This document shows, in pieces, positions 1 through 9,169 of a DNA stretch of 50,968 nucleotides. The notes under the pieces were generated by a model. The model saw only the letters and a program-made list of their open reading frames with translations, had not been told where the DNA came from and searched no databases. The position numbers and the translations under genes are program-made. Source of the stretch: a virus (Duplodnaviria > Caudoviricetes); the IMG/VR virus record IMGVR_UViG_3300017754_000556, positions 1 to 50,968 of that record. The stretch is one strand, 5' to 3'. Position 1 is the stretch's first letter. Each line of letters starts with the position of its first letter.

Positions 1-2
1 AC

Positions 3-1736
3 CCTAGCGTTACGCACATCATGCGCAAAACAGAAAATGAACTGCGCAAACTACAAGTTGCCGGCTTTTATGCCGACATTGACTTGGGTGAACCCAACAA
101 TACCATTGATGAAGTAGAGAAAAAGATAGCCGAGAAGATGGGTTTCCGCGCCCAGACGGATGATCGCTACAAAATCCTGGAGATGAATGTAAATTTGGAC
201 CTTGAAGGGTTTGAAGATACAGACAAACATGGAGAAGAGACTGGAATTGCCCTGCCTTATATCGTTACGATTGAAAAAGGCAGCAATAAATGTCTGGCCA
301 TCCGCCGCAACTGGAACCAAGACGATAAGTTAAAGGCAAAACGCCAGCATTTTGTTCATTACGGCTATATCCCTGGCTTTGGCTTCTATTGTTTTGGCCT
401 TATCCACCTTATTGGAGCATTTGCCAAGTCTGGGACCTCCATTCTTCGCCAATTAGTAGATGCCGGCACGCTTGCAAACCTACCGGGAGGCTTTAAGACA
501 CGCGGCCTACGTGTAAAGGGCGACGATACCCCCATCGGACCAGCCGAGTGGAGGGATGTTGACGTACCCAGCGGGACAATTGCCGAGAATATCATGGCTC
601 TTCCTTACAAGGAACCAAGCCAAGTGCTGGCAATGTTGCTTGACAAGATCGTTGAGGAGGGTCGTAAGTTTGCGTCCGCTGCTGATATACAAGTTGCAGA
701 CATGTCGGCCAACTCTCCCGTCGGCACTACCCTGGCTATCCTTGAGCGCCAGTTAAAAGTGATGACTGCTGTGCAGGCGCGTATTCATTACTCGTTCAAG
801 CAAGAGTTAATATTGTTGCGCGACATTATTAGGGACTACACCCCTGATGAATACAACTATGAGCCAGAAGAAGGCTCGCCCAAAGCCAAGAAATCTGACT
901 ATGACTTAGTTACAGTTATTCCTGTCTCCGATCCTAACGCCGCAACGATGGCGCAAAAGATTGTGCAGTATCAGGCGGTCATTCAACTGGCTCAGCAAGC
1001 TCCGCAGATATATGACCTACCGCAGCTTCATCGACAGATGCTAGATGTGCTGGGCATTAAGAATGCAGAGAAGCTGGTTCCCCTTCCTGATGATGAGATG
1101 CCCATTGATCCTATTAGTGAGAACATGAATGCTTTGAATGGCAAGCCGCTCAAGGCGTTTATCACTCAGGACCAGCAGGCTCATATTGCAGCGCACCAAA
1201 TGTTCATGCAAGATCCTCTTGTGATGAAGACCATCGGCCAGAACCCACAGGCCAATATGATTATGGCTGCATTGCAATCTCATATTGCAGATCACCTTGG
1301 CTTCCACTATCGCACAATGATAGAGAAGCAAATGGGTGTACCTCTGCCGCCGCCTAATGAGCCATTACCAGATGATGTTGAAGTCCAACTATCACGGCTG
1401 GTTGCCCAAGCAAGCGCACAAGTCATGCAAGCAAATACTGCCGAAGCTCAACAAGAACAAAATCAACAGATGGCTCAAGATCCACTTGTACAAATCCAGC
1501 AGCAAGAGATGCAGATTAAGGGTGCGGAACAACAACGCAAACAACAGAAAGACCAGACTGATGCTCAGCTAAAAGCTTCTCAGCAACAGATTGAACGTGA
1601 GCGCATCCAAACTCAAAAACAAATTGACATGACTAGGATTCAAGTTGATGCAGCAAAATCACAGCAAACGTTGGATGCTAATAGTAAATTAGAGCAGCAG
1701 CGAATGATAAGTAACATTATTGGACGTAAACAATGA
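3..1736 (+). CDS. Portal protein, 5'-truncated by the window edge
   Basis: The frame is open from position 3, upstream of the ATG at 21. It is the first gene of the head module and has a helical, Gln-rich coiled-coil C-terminus like P22-type portals. Segments such as 'HFVHYGYIPGFGFYCFGLIHLIG' and 'LRQLVDAGTLANLPGGFK' resemble podoviral portals. Confidence 0.8.
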   Translation, partial: PSVTHIMRKTENELRKLQVAGFYADIDLGEPNNTIDEVEKKIAEKMGFRAQTDDRYKILEMNVNLDLEGFEDTDKHGEETGIALPYIVTIEKGSNKCLAIRRNWNQDDKLKAKRQHFVHYGYIPGFGFYCFGLIHLIGAFAKSGTSILRQLVDAGTLANLPGGFKTRGLRVKGDDTPIGPAEWRDVDVPSGTIAENIMALPYKEPSQVLAMLLDKIVEEGRKFASAADIQVADMSANSPVGTTLAILERQLKVMTAVQARIHYSFKQELILLRDIIRDYTPDEYNYEPEEGSPKAKKSDYDLVTVIPVSDPNAATMAQKIVQYQAVIQLAQQAPQIYDLPQLHRQMLDVLGIKNAEKLVPLPDDEMPIDPISENMNALNGKPLKAFITQDQQAHIAAHQMFMQDPLVMKTIGQNPQANMIMAALQSHIADHLGFHYRTMIEKQMGVPLPPPNEPLPDDVEVQLSRLVAQASAQVMQANTAEAQQEQNQQMAQDPLVQIQQQEMQIKGAEQQRKQQKDQTDAQLKASQQQIERERIQTQKQIDMTRIQVDAAKSQQTLDANSKLEQQRMISNIIGRKQ

Positions 1737-1930
1737 TTGACAACTATCTACAACATCTATCCAAAAAGATAGATGACAAAGTATCCCAACTCCAAGAGTT
1801 TCTAGCGGATGGCAACGCTAGTGATTATGCGGAGTACAAGAAGGCGTGTGGCGAGGTTAAAGGTCTGCTCACTGCGCGCTTATTTATCTCAGACCTACAG
1901 GAAAGATTAAAAACCCATGACGATGAGTGA
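1733..1930 (+). CDS. Small helical hypothetical protein (head module)
   Basis: 65-aa ORF with an ATGA overlap on the portal stop. Confidence 0.7.
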   Translation: MIDNYLQHLSKKIDDKVSQLQEFLADGNASDYAEYKKACGEVKGLLTARLFISDLQERLKTHDDE

Positions 1931-2336
1931 AGGAAATGTAGACTTGATCAAAGCTGTGGACTTGTCTCAAATACTGAACAAGGTCCCAGAACAAAAAGCT
2001 AAGCAGCTACCAAAGCCAGCTGGCTACCGCATTTTGTGCGCAATTCCAGAAGTGGAAAAAGAATACGAAAGTGAACTTGGATTACTTAAATCTGATGAAG
2101 CCATTCGTAACGAAGAGCTACTAACAACGGTATTGTTCGTTGTGGACCTAGGGCCGGATTGCTATAAAGATGCATCCCGATTCCCCTCTGGCCCATACTG
2201 CAAAGCAGGAGACTTTATCCTGGTTAGGCCACACGCAGGAACCCGGCTAATCATTCACGGCAAAGAGTTTCGTGTAATTAACGACGACTCAGTTGAGGGT
2301 GTAGTTGAAGATCCACGCGGTATCCGCCGCAAATAA
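1917..2336 (+). CDS. GroES/Cpn10-like co-chaperonin
   Basis: Cpn10-like motifs 'PAGYRIL', 'VVDLGPD', 'CKAGDFILV..HAGTRL.IHGKEFRVINDDSVEGVV'. The start may be at 1923. Confidence 0.85.
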   Translation: MTMSEGNVDLIKAVDLSQILNKVPEQKAKQLPKPAGYRILCAIPEVEKEYESELGLLKSDEAIRNEELLTTVLFVVDLGPDCYKDASRFPSGPYCKAGDFILVRPHAGTRLIIHGKEFRVINDDSVEGVVEDPRGIRRK

Positions 2337-2345
2337 GGAGCCAAT

Positions 2346-3257
2346 ATGTCTGATTACAAATTTCCTGATGAGCAGGATGACCCAAAAGATCTTGACGATG
2401 AAATCATCGTTGAGGTAGAAGATAAAACTCCTGCTGAAGATCGAAATAAAGTGCCCTTACCTGAGAAGATTAAGGAAGAGCTTTATAACGATGAGCTAGA
2501 GGATTACTCTACCAAAGTTAAAAAGAAACTTCTTCAAATGAAGAAGCTTGCGCATGACGAGCGCAGGGAAAAGGATGCGGCTATTCGTGAGCAAAACGAG
2601 GCCGTTGAGTTTGCTAAACGGTTAATGGATGAGAACAAAAGACTCAAGTCCAACCTGAATAGCAGCGAAAAAAATGTGCTTCTTTCGGTCACCAAGACTG
2701 TGGAAATGGAGCTTGATTCTGCCAAGAAAGCCTATCGGGAAGCTTACGACTCAGGTGATACCGATAAGGTAATGGAGGCCCAAGAGCGTCTTACAGAAGC
2801 AACACTTAAGGTTGATAAAGTAAGAAATTTCCGGCCACAGCCTGTTGAAGATGAAGAAACTGTGGTACAACCGCCACAACCCCGTATCCAGGAGGCTTCA
2901 AAAGATCCTTCAGCGGTTGCTTGGCAACAAGAAAACCCTTGGTTTGGGGAAGATGAGGAAATGACTAGCTTGGCTCTGGGTCTTCACGAGAAGATGCGGC
3001 GCGAGGGAGTTAGGATCTCATCGCAAGAGTATTACAATCGGCTAAATACAACAATCCGTAAGCGCTTCCCAGAGAGATTTGAGAACGCAGAGGAACAAGA
3101 TGACCGGCCCAGCCGGAAAAGCTCGGTGGTTGCACCAGCTACACGGACTACGTCCGCAAAACGAGTTAGGTTAACCCCTGGTGAACTTAACTTGGCAAAG
3201 AAGTTTAACTTAACACCGGAGCAATTTGCTGCGGAAAAAATCAAATTGGAGGCCTAA
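2346..3257 (+). CDS. Probable capsid scaffolding protein
   Basis: Acidic N-terminus and long coiled coil, located between portal and capsid genes. SD AAGGAG upstream. Confidence 0.6.
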   Translation: MSDYKFPDEQDDPKDLDDEIIVEVEDKTPAEDRNKVPLPEKIKEELYNDELEDYSTKVKKKLLQMKKLAHDERREKDAAIREQNEAVEFAKRLMDENKRLKSNLNSSEKNVLLSVTKTVEMELDSAKKAYREAYDSGDTDKVMEAQERLTEATLKVDKVRNFRPQPVEDEETVVQPPQPRIQEASKDPSAVAWQQENPWFGEDEEMTSLALGLHEKMRREGVRISSQEYYNRLNTTIRKRFPERFENAEEQDDRPSRKSSVVAPATRTTSAKRVRLTPGELNLAKKFNLTPEQFAAEKIKLEA

Positions 3258-3258
3258 T

Positions 3259-3708
3259 ATGGCTGAAAACAGAAAACCGCGTGAGCTTGAGGAACGACTG
3301 ATGACTGAGCGCCCTAAGCAGTGGGCACCGGCTGAATTACTTCCTGAACCAGACAAGCAACCTGGGTACAAATATCGTTGGGTGCGTGTTTCAACTTTGA
3401 ATACAGCTGACCCCCGTAATCTCTCGGCCAAACTCCGTGAGCATTGGGAGCCAGTTACAGTTGATGAACAACCCAAATTCCGACTGTTAGCCGACCCCAA
3501 TAGTCGCTTTAAAGAGAATATTGAGATTGGCGGGTTATTGCTTTGCAAGACTCCTGAAGAGTTTGTTGAACAACGTAATGCTTACTTTAATCGACATACA
3601 GTAGCTCAGATGGAAGCTGTAGACAATACCCTTATGCGTCAAAGCGATGCGCGGATGCCGCTCTTTAAAGAGAGCAAGTCTTCGAGTAGCTTTGGAAAAG
3701 GTATTTAA
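3259..3708 (+). CDS. Conserved-looking head-module hypothetical protein
   Basis: The ATG at 3259 (MAENRKPRE...) follows GGAGG and the upstream stop, so it is preferred to the ORF-track start at 3226. Confidence 0.7.
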   Translation: MAENRKPRELEERLMTERPKQWAPAELLPEPDKQPGYKYRWVRVSTLNTADPRNLSAKLREHWEPVTVDEQPKFRLLADPNSRFKENIEIGGLLLCKTPEEFVEQRNAYFNRHTVAQMEAVDNTLMRQSDARMPLFKESKSSSSFGKGI

Positions 3709-3724
3709 TTTTTAGGAGTCCTTT

Positions 3725-4549
3725 ATGGCTTATCCGGTTATTAGCGCCCCTTACGGGCTAAAGCCGATCAACTTGATCGGAGGTCAGGTATTTGCGGGTT
3801 CTACCCGTGATTACCCGATCACTAACGGTTACAGCACAGCAATTTTCTACGGTGATTATGTAGGATTGTCTCGTGGTGAAATCGTGCGTTTGTCTGTGTC
3901 TACTGGCACGGCTGGCAATCAAACAGGTATCTTTTTGGGATGCCGCTACACCAACCCCGTCACTAAACAGTTGACCTTCTCGCAATACTGGCCCGCATCT
4001 ACTGCGGCTGGTGATGCAGTAGCTATTGTTGCTGACGATCCTGACCAAGTGTTCAAGGGTGTTGTTTGTTCTGCTACTACCGCTGTTGCTTCTGGCGCCC
4101 GTGCAATGATCGGCCAAAACTTGGCTATGATCAATAACACAGGTAGCACTGCAACTGGTAACTCCAAGAACGCGATCTTGGCCCCTAGCGATACGCCTGC
4201 CACCACTTCGTCCTTGCCCGTTCGCGTGCTTGGCTTGGTGCCTGACACGGCTGTTAGTTTGGGAACCGTGACCTATACCAGCATCTCTACCGCTACAGTT
4301 ACTTGCTCGGCTTTGCCGTTTGCATTACCTGTTGGTACTGACGTTGGTTCGCTGGATTCAAACGGTCAATACGTTTCTTCCGGTTCGTTTGTTGACACCG
4401 CTGCTGCTGCCGGTGCTACATCGTTTATCCTGAATCAGGCCCCTGTTGCTACATTGAACACAACTATTGTGTTGATGCAGTACCCAGAGATTCTGGTTAA
4501 GATCAACTTTGGTCAGCACCAGTATTACGCTGGCACCAGCATTGCCTAA
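3725..4549 (+). CDS. Probable capsid decoration/cement protein
   Basis: Beta-rich A/T/G/S protein directly upstream of the major capsid gene. SD TAGGAG. Confidence 0.55.
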   Translation: MAYPVISAPYGLKPINLIGGQVFAGSTRDYPITNGYSTAIFYGDYVGLSRGEIVRLSVSTGTAGNQTGIFLGCRYTNPVTKQLTFSQYWPASTAAGDAVAIVADDPDQVFKGVVCSATTAVASGARAMIGQNLAMINNTGSTATGNSKNAILAPSDTPATTSSLPVRVLGLVPDTAVSLGTVTYTSISTATVTCSALPFALPVGTDVGSLDSNGQYVSSGSFVDTAAAAGATSFILNQAPVATLNTTIVLMQYPEILVKINFGQHQYYAGTSIA

Positions 4550-4562
4550 GGAGTAACTCAAA

Positions 4563-5471
4563 ATGGCTATTTCACGCGCACAACTACTTAAAGAGTTGCT
4601 TCCTGGGCTTAACGCCTTGTTCGGTCTGCAATATAAGACCTACGATCAAGAACACGACGAGATCTACGAAACAGAGACCTCTGAGCGTTCTTTTGAAGAG
4701 GAAACTAAACTGTCTGGCTTCTCTGCTGCACCTGTTAAAAACGAGGGCTCCGCTCTTGCTTATGACAATGCTCAAGAGGCATGGACTGCACGCTACAACC
4801 ACGAAACCATTGCTTTGGGCTTCAGCTTGACTGAAGAGGCTATTGAGGACAACCTCTATGACTCTTTGTCGGCTCGCTACACCAAAGGTCTGGCTCGCGC
4901 TATGGCGTACACCAAGCAGGTTAAAGCTGCTGCTGTTCTAAATAACGGTTTCTCCTCGGCTTATGTCGGCGGTGACGGCGTTTCTCTGTTCAACAGCGCT
5001 CACCCCCTGGTGTCTGGTGGTACTAACAGCAACATTCCTGCGACCGCAGCTGACTTGAATGAGACTTCGTTGGAAAACGCAGTTATTCAAATCTCTCTGT
5101 GGACGGATGAGCGTGGCCTGTTGATCGCTGCTAAGCCAAAGAAGCTGATTGTTCCTCCGGCTCTGCAATTCGTTGCCACCCGTCTGTTGGAAACCGAACT
5201 CCGCGTCGGCACCACTGACAACGATATCAATGCGTTGAAGAACAATGGTTCTATCCCTGGCGGTTACACAATTAACCACTTCTTGACCGACAGCAACGGC
5301 TGGTATTTGACCACCGACGTTCCTAACGGCATGAAGCACTTTGTGCGTAGCCCGCTATCGACTGGCATGGACGGTGACTTTGACACCGGAAACGTCCGTT
5401 ACAAGGCCCGCGAACGTTATTCGTTCGGCTGGTCTGACCCCCTGGGTATGTACGGTTCCGCTGGAGCGTAA
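4563..5471 (+). CDS. Major capsid protein, Mu gpT-like (HK97 fold)
   Basis: 302 aa with 'DGVSLFNSAHP', 'PKKLIVPP.L' and C-terminal 'YKARERYSFGWSDP.G.YGS' motifs. Strong SD AAGGAG, followed by a terminator. Confidence 0.9.
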   Translation: MAISRAQLLKELLPGLNALFGLQYKTYDQEHDEIYETETSERSFEEETKLSGFSAAPVKNEGSALAYDNAQEAWTARYNHETIALGFSLTEEAIEDNLYDSLSARYTKGLARAMAYTKQVKAAAVLNNGFSSAYVGGDGVSLFNSAHPLVSGGTNSNIPATAADLNETSLENAVIQISLWTDERGLLIAAKPKKLIVPPALQFVATRLLETELRVGTTDNDINALKNNGSIPGGYTINHFLTDSNGWYLTTDVPNGMKHFVRSPLSTGMDGDFDTGNVRYKARERYSFGWSDPLGMYGSAGA

Positions 5472-5502
5472 TCAGTAAGAGAGGGTTAACTATCCTCCCA
5501 CT

Positions 5503-5530
5503 AGGGCTCCTTCGGGAGCCCTTTTTATTT
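5503..5530 (+). terminator. Rho-independent terminator after the major capsid gene
   Basis: AGGGCTCC-TTCG-GGAGCCCT 8-bp stem with a C(UUCG)G tetraloop, followed by TTTTATTT. Confidence 0.9.
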
Positions 5531-5531
5531 G

Positions 5532-5560
5532 TTGCTAACCAACTAAAACCATGATATATT
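5532..5560 (+). promoter_or_regulatory. Sigma70-type promoter
   Basis: TTGCTA (5532-5537), 17-nt spacer, TATATT (5555-5560), with an extended -10 TG at 5552-5553. Confidence 0.6.
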
Positions 5561-5565
5561 GCAGC

Positions 5566-5642
5566 TAATCCGGGCTTTCCGGTGCATCAAACTGTCCCGG
5601 CAGACGACATACCGATTGATGCACTTCACTTGTATGTAAGGA
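5566..5642 (+). ncRNA. Structured RNA downstream of the gpT-like capsid gene (candidate Mu-gpT-DE-like motif)
   Basis: GTGCATCAA(5582-5590)/TTGATGCAC(5616-5624) stem. Two crossing pairings: CCGGG(5570-5574)/CCCGG(5596-5600) and ACATAC(5607-5612)/GTATGT(5632-5637). The position fits the described Mu-gpT downstream element, but identity is not verified. Confidence 0.6.
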
Positions 5643-5649
5643 ACTCATC

Positions 5650-6135
5650 ATGGGATTCGCAACTCACCTCGGTCCTTGGCTGCTTGGCACGGTTAAAAAC
5701 ACCACCGGCACTACCGTTGGAACCATCCGTAATATGGGCGCAACTGTTGTCGCTCAGACCGCCACAACCACCGTCAACGACACAACGGCTGTTACAGAAT
5801 TTGTCTTGCCTGCTGGCGCACAAATCATAGAATTTTTTGTGGACATTACCACCGCTTACGCTGGTACAACTGGTAATACCATCACTATTCAAACCGCCGC
5901 TGGTAACTCTTTGGCTACCGTTGGTGGTGCTACAACTACACCTTTGGCTGTGGGTCGTGCAACTGTATCTGTTACGGGCGCACAGATTGGTACGTATCTA
6001 AATGTTGGCTCAACTGATTTAGTTGTTCAGGCAGTTTACGCTTGCGCCGGTACAGCCAGCGGCGGTGCTGCTACGCTTACATGCGTGTACATCGTCAAAG
6101 GTTCTGATGGCGTTGCTAATCCTGCTTCTGCTTAA
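5650..6135 (+). CDS. Thr/Ala/Gly-rich probable virion structural protein
   Basis: 161-aa beta-rich ORF with SD AAGGA. Confidence 0.7.
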   Translation: MGFATHLGPWLLGTVKNTTGTTVGTIRNMGATVVAQTATTTVNDTTAVTEFVLPAGAQIIEFFVDITTAYAGTTGNTITIQTAAGNSLATVGGATTTPLAVGRATVSVTGAQIGTYLNVGSTDLVVQAVYACAGTASGGAATLTCVYIVKGSDGVANPASA

Positions 6136-6142
6136 TTAATCT

Positions 6143-6164
6143 CAGGGGCTTCGGCCCTTGTTCT
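6143..6164 (+). terminator. UUCG hairpin, weak terminator or processing/stability element
   Basis: CAGGGGC-TTCG-GCCCTTG followed only by TTCT. Confidence 0.45.
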
Positions 6165-6178
6165 AAAGGAGATTGATT

Positions 6179-6460
6179 ATGGGCATGCAAACTGATGTAC
6201 TAGCGGTTCACAGAGAAACTACAGGCACAGTAGTGTCGGGACGTAACAGAGTTAAGGGTCTGATTGTTACGCCCGGTGGCACTGCGGGAGACATTATTCT
6301 TAGAGATGGCGGTGCTTCCGGCACAGTCCGTCTTCAGTTTAATTTGTCTACCAACCAATCCGCATTTTCTGTTTTAGTGCCGGGTGAGGGAGTTTTGTAT
6401 CTAACTGATATACACGTAACCTTACCCACAGCTTCAAAAATCACGGTGTTCTATGGCTAA
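6179..6460 (+). CDS. Small beta-rich hypothetical virion protein
   Basis: ATG at 6179 after SD AAGGAG. Confidence 0.7.
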   Translation: MGMQTDVLAVHRETTGTVVSGRNRVKGLIVTPGGTAGDIILRDGGASGTVRLQFNLSTNQSAFSVLVPGEGVLYLTDIHVTLPTASKITVFYG

Positions 6461-6707
6461 AAAAGGCCCGGTTCTCTCTGTAGGCCGGGGCGAGAAGCTG
6501 CCGATCTCCAAGGGGGCGGGCTTGACTGCTAAAGGCCGTGCCAAGTACAACGCGGCAACAGGGTCTAACCTTAAGGCTCCGCAGCCCGAAGGTGGCCCCC
6601 GTAAGAAATCGTTCTGCGCTCGTATGTCGGGTATGCCCGGGCCAATGAAAGACGAGAAGGGCAAACCAACCCGGAAAGCCGCTTCACTTGCAAGATGGAA
6701 ATGTTAG
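6453..6707 (+). CDS. Small basic protein ('RKKSFCARM' type)
   Basis: 84 aa, Lys/Arg-rich, overlapping both neighbours. Confidence 0.7.
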   Translation: MAKKGPVLSVGRGEKLPISKGAGLTAKGRAKYNAATGSNLKAPQPEGGPRKKSFCARMSGMPGPMKDEKGKPTRKAASLARWKC

Positions 6708-6943
6708 ATTTAAACACCGCTTGGTCTGCCATCTTGTCCTTAGTGATTGGATTGTTAGGCTACATAATGAATGAAAAGTTCAGGGAACTGGCTCGTATTA
6801 CGATCTTGCTGAATAAAACTCGTGAGGAGGTTGCCCGTGATAACGTTACTCAAGCAGAAGTGGATCGAATTACGAATCACATTGACCAGCGCTTTAACAA
6901 ACTTGAAGCAAAGATTGACCAGCTTATTCAAGCGGGGCGATGA
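6695..6943 (+). CDS. Small protein with an N-terminal TM helix and coiled coil
   Basis: Hydrophobic 'AWSAILSLVIGLLGYIM' followed by a heptad-rich tail. Confidence 0.65.
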   Translation: MEMLDLNTAWSAILSLVIGLLGYIMNEKFRELARITILLNKTREEVARDNVTQAEVDRITNHIDQRFNKLEAKIDQLIQAGR

Positions 6944-7272
6944 TGCCCAGCACAAGTAAGAAGCAACACAATTTCATGGCGGCTGTGGCTAACAACCCAA
7001 AGTTTGCCAAGAAGGTAGGAGTCCCACAGTCCGTGGGTAAAGACTTTAACGATGCCGACAAAGGCAAATTTTCTAAAGGTGGTGATACTATGGCTAAGAT
7101 GAATGCAGGCATGATGGCAATGATGGCTAAGAAAAAAGATGCAGCAAAAGGAATGCCCATGAAGAAAATGGCTCAAGGCGGCTCGGCTTCTTCCCGCGCT
7201 GATGGCGTTGCCACAAAAGGCAAGACCAAAGGCACTATGATTAAAATGAACAAGGGCGGCATGGCCTGCTAA
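6940..7272 (+). CDS. Small Lys/Met-rich protein with GG motifs and the RADG..KGKTKG motif
   Basis: Contains FSKGG, MAQGG and MNKGG, plus 'SASSRADGVATKGKTKG'. Confidence 0.75.
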   Translation: MMPSTSKKQHNFMAAVANNPKFAKKVGVPQSVGKDFNDADKGKFSKGGDTMAKMNAGMMAMMAKKKDAAKGMPMKKMAQGGSASSRADGVATKGKTKGTMIKMNKGGMAC

Positions 7273-7283
7273 GGAGTATTAAA

Positions 7284-7760
7284 ATGATTGATGATGAATT
7301 AGAAAACGCTAATAAATCTGAAGATTTATCTCCAGTTGGCCCTAAACCATCTTCTTTTAAAGAAGCTTTTGCTGCTGCCCGTGGTAGTGGCGATAAAACT
7401 TTTAGTTACAAAGGCAAGTTGTACACCACTGAATTAGCTAGTTCAGCACCTAAAAAATCATCTCCTGCGTCTATGCGCCAAGAGCAAGCGGCTCCAACCA
7501 GCGCTTCCTCAATGACTAGTAACCGTAATAATGCTTCCGATATGTCTGTAAATGAACGCATAAAGAAATCATTAGCAAGCGCACGAGAAGGATCCGGCCC
7601 TACTGATTCTCGTTCAGTAAATCAACGTATCAAAGAATCTTTGGGCATGAAAAAAGGCGGAACAGTCAAAAAAATGGCTTCTGGTGGCTCAGTAAATTCA
7701 GCATCTAAACGTGGTGATGGTATTGCCCAACGCGGTAAGACCAAAGGCAGAATGTGTTAA
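7284..7760 (+). CDS. Low-complexity protein with a C-terminal GG / RGDG..RGKTKG motif
   Basis: SD AAGGAG. Contains 'SFKEAFAAAR..G.KTF.YKGKLYTT' and 'MKKGG..KKMASGG..SKRGDGIAQRGKTKGRMC'. Confidence 0.75.
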   Translation: MIDDELENANKSEDLSPVGPKPSSFKEAFAAARGSGDKTFSYKGKLYTTELASSAPKKSSPASMRQEQAAPTSASSMTSNRNNASDMSVNERIKKSLASAREGSGPTDSRSVNQRIKESLGMKKGGTVKKMASGGSVNSASKRGDGIAQRGKTKGRMC

Positions 7761-7763
7761 ATC

Positions 7764-7979
7764 ATGGCTAAAAATTACGAATACCCAGACTCTACTCCGG
7801 TAGATGAGCCGGTAGCTAAAAAGCCTAAGCCGGCCCCCAAGCCTAAACCTAAGCCACCAATCTACCCGGATTCAATCCCTGTAGATGAGCCGGTGAAGAA
7901 GATGGCTAAAGGTGGTTCTGCATCTAGTCGTGCCGATGGTATTGCTACTAAAGGCAAGACCCGTGGCAAAATTTGCTAG
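7764..7979 (+). CDS. Small Pro/Lys-rich protein with the GG / RADG..KGKTRG motif
   Basis: Internal repeat YPDS.PVDEPV occurs twice. Ends 'KKMAKGGSASSRADGIATKGKTRGKIC'. Confidence 0.75.
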   Translation: MAKNYEYPDSTPVDEPVAKKPKPAPKPKPKPPIYPDSIPVDEPVKKMAKGGSASSRADGIATKGKTRGKIC

Positions 7980-7988
7980 GAGATTAGC

Positions 7989-8237
7989 ATGATGGCAAGT
8001 CGAGGGATGGGAGCTATTTCTCAATCCAAAATGCCTAAAGGTGCGCGTAAGGCCCGCCGGGATAACACTGACTTTACCGAATACGCTAAAGGTGGAGAAG
8101 TATGGGATAAACCTAGGCCTAAAAATTTAGGTGCTTCCAAAAAGCTAAGCCCCGCAAAAAAAGCTGCCGCTAAAGCCTCTGCAAAAAAAGCCGGCAGACC
8201 TTATCCAAACCTTATTGATAATATGAAGGCTTCGTAA
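7989..8237 (+). CDS. Small basic protein
   Basis: SD AGGAG. Contains 'SRGMGAI', 'YAKGG' and an Ala/Lys-rich C-terminus. Confidence 0.7.
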   Translation: MMASRGMGAISQSKMPKGARKARRDNTDFTEYAKGGEVWDKPRPKNLGASKKLSPAKKAAAKASAKKAGRPYPNLIDNMKAS

Positions 8238-9169
8238 TGTCCACCACCGGAACCACAGCCTTTAACTTAGAGTTTACAGAACTTGCTGAAGAGGCTTGGG
8301 AGCGGGCTGGGCGCGAGATGCGTTCTGGCTATGATTTACGTACAGCGCGTAGGTCATTGAACTTAATGACCATTGAGTGGCAAAACCGTGGCATCAACAT
8401 GTGGACCATTGAAACGGGCACAATTACGTTAACCCAGGGTCTAAACACATATGCTTTGCCTACAGACACAATTGATTTGCTAGACCATGTGATCCGTACC
8501 CAGCCTAATGTTGCGTCCACCCAAGCTGATTTAAGCATCACCAGGATTAGCGTATCTACGTATGCAACCATCCCCAATAAACTGGCTCAAGGACGCCCAA
8601 TTCAAGTATGGATTCAGCGTTTGTCAGGTGAAGTTGGTCCTACTGTTGCTACCTTAAACGGCGCTATTACAGCTACGACAGACTCAATTGTGTTGAGTAC
8701 GGTTGTCGGCTTAGCTGGATCTGGCTATATCCGCCTGGATAGCGAAGACATCTATTACACGTACATATCAGGGAATACCCTAGGTGGAGTGTTTCGCGGC
8801 CAGAACAACACAACCGCAGCACCGCACACAACATTAACTGCTGTTAATGTTCCTCAGTTACCGGCTGTTACAGTATGGCCTACTCCTGATGGATCGCAGA
8901 CTTATCAGTTTGTTTACTACAGGCTGCGTCGGGTCCAAGATGCTGGCCGTGGCGTTGAAACGGCCGACATGAATTTTAGGTTTTTGCCTTGCGTAGTAGC
9001 GGGCTTGGCGTACTACATAGCCATGAAAGTTCCTGAACTTATGGGCCGGCTAGACATGCTAAAGGCAGTTTACGAAGAGCAATTTAAGCTTGCTGCCGGC
9101 GAGGACCGTGAAAAAGCTACACTACGCTTAGCTCCACGTATGTCATATATTGGTGGAGGTGGGATGTAA
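8237..9169 (+). CDS. Probable head-tail adaptor/connector protein with a beta-rich insertion
   Basis: N-terminal helical 'LRTARRSLNLMTIEWQNRG', 'Y..IPNK..QGRP', 'VWPTPD' and C-terminal helix 'FLPCVVAGLAYYIA' are typical of podoviral adaptor-like proteins. Confidence 0.6.
   Translation: MSTTGTTAFNLEFTELAEEAWERAGREMRSGYDLRTARRSLNLMTIEWQNRGINMWTIETGTITLTQGLNTYALPTDTIDLLDHVIRTQPNVASTQADLSITRISVSTYATIPNKLAQGRPIQVWIQRLSGEVGPTVATLNGAITATTDSIVLSTVVGLAGSGYIRLDSEDIYYTYISGNTLGGVFRGQNNTTAAPHTTLTAVNVPQLPAVTVWPTPDGSQTYQFVYYRLRRVQDAGRGVETADMNFRFLPCVVAGLAYYIAMKVPELMGRLDMLKAVYEEQFKLAAGEDREKATLRLAPRMSYIGGGGM

Noticed and set aside
5582-5830. 82-aa ORF starting in the post-capsid intergenic region
   Set aside because: It overlaps the SD-supported gene at 5650 out of frame and starts inside the structured RNA.
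7201-7979. 'GKT' in the small basic proteins as a Walker A motif
   Set aside because: The proteins are short and low-complexity, with no preceding beta-strand, no Walker B and no room for a P-loop fold.
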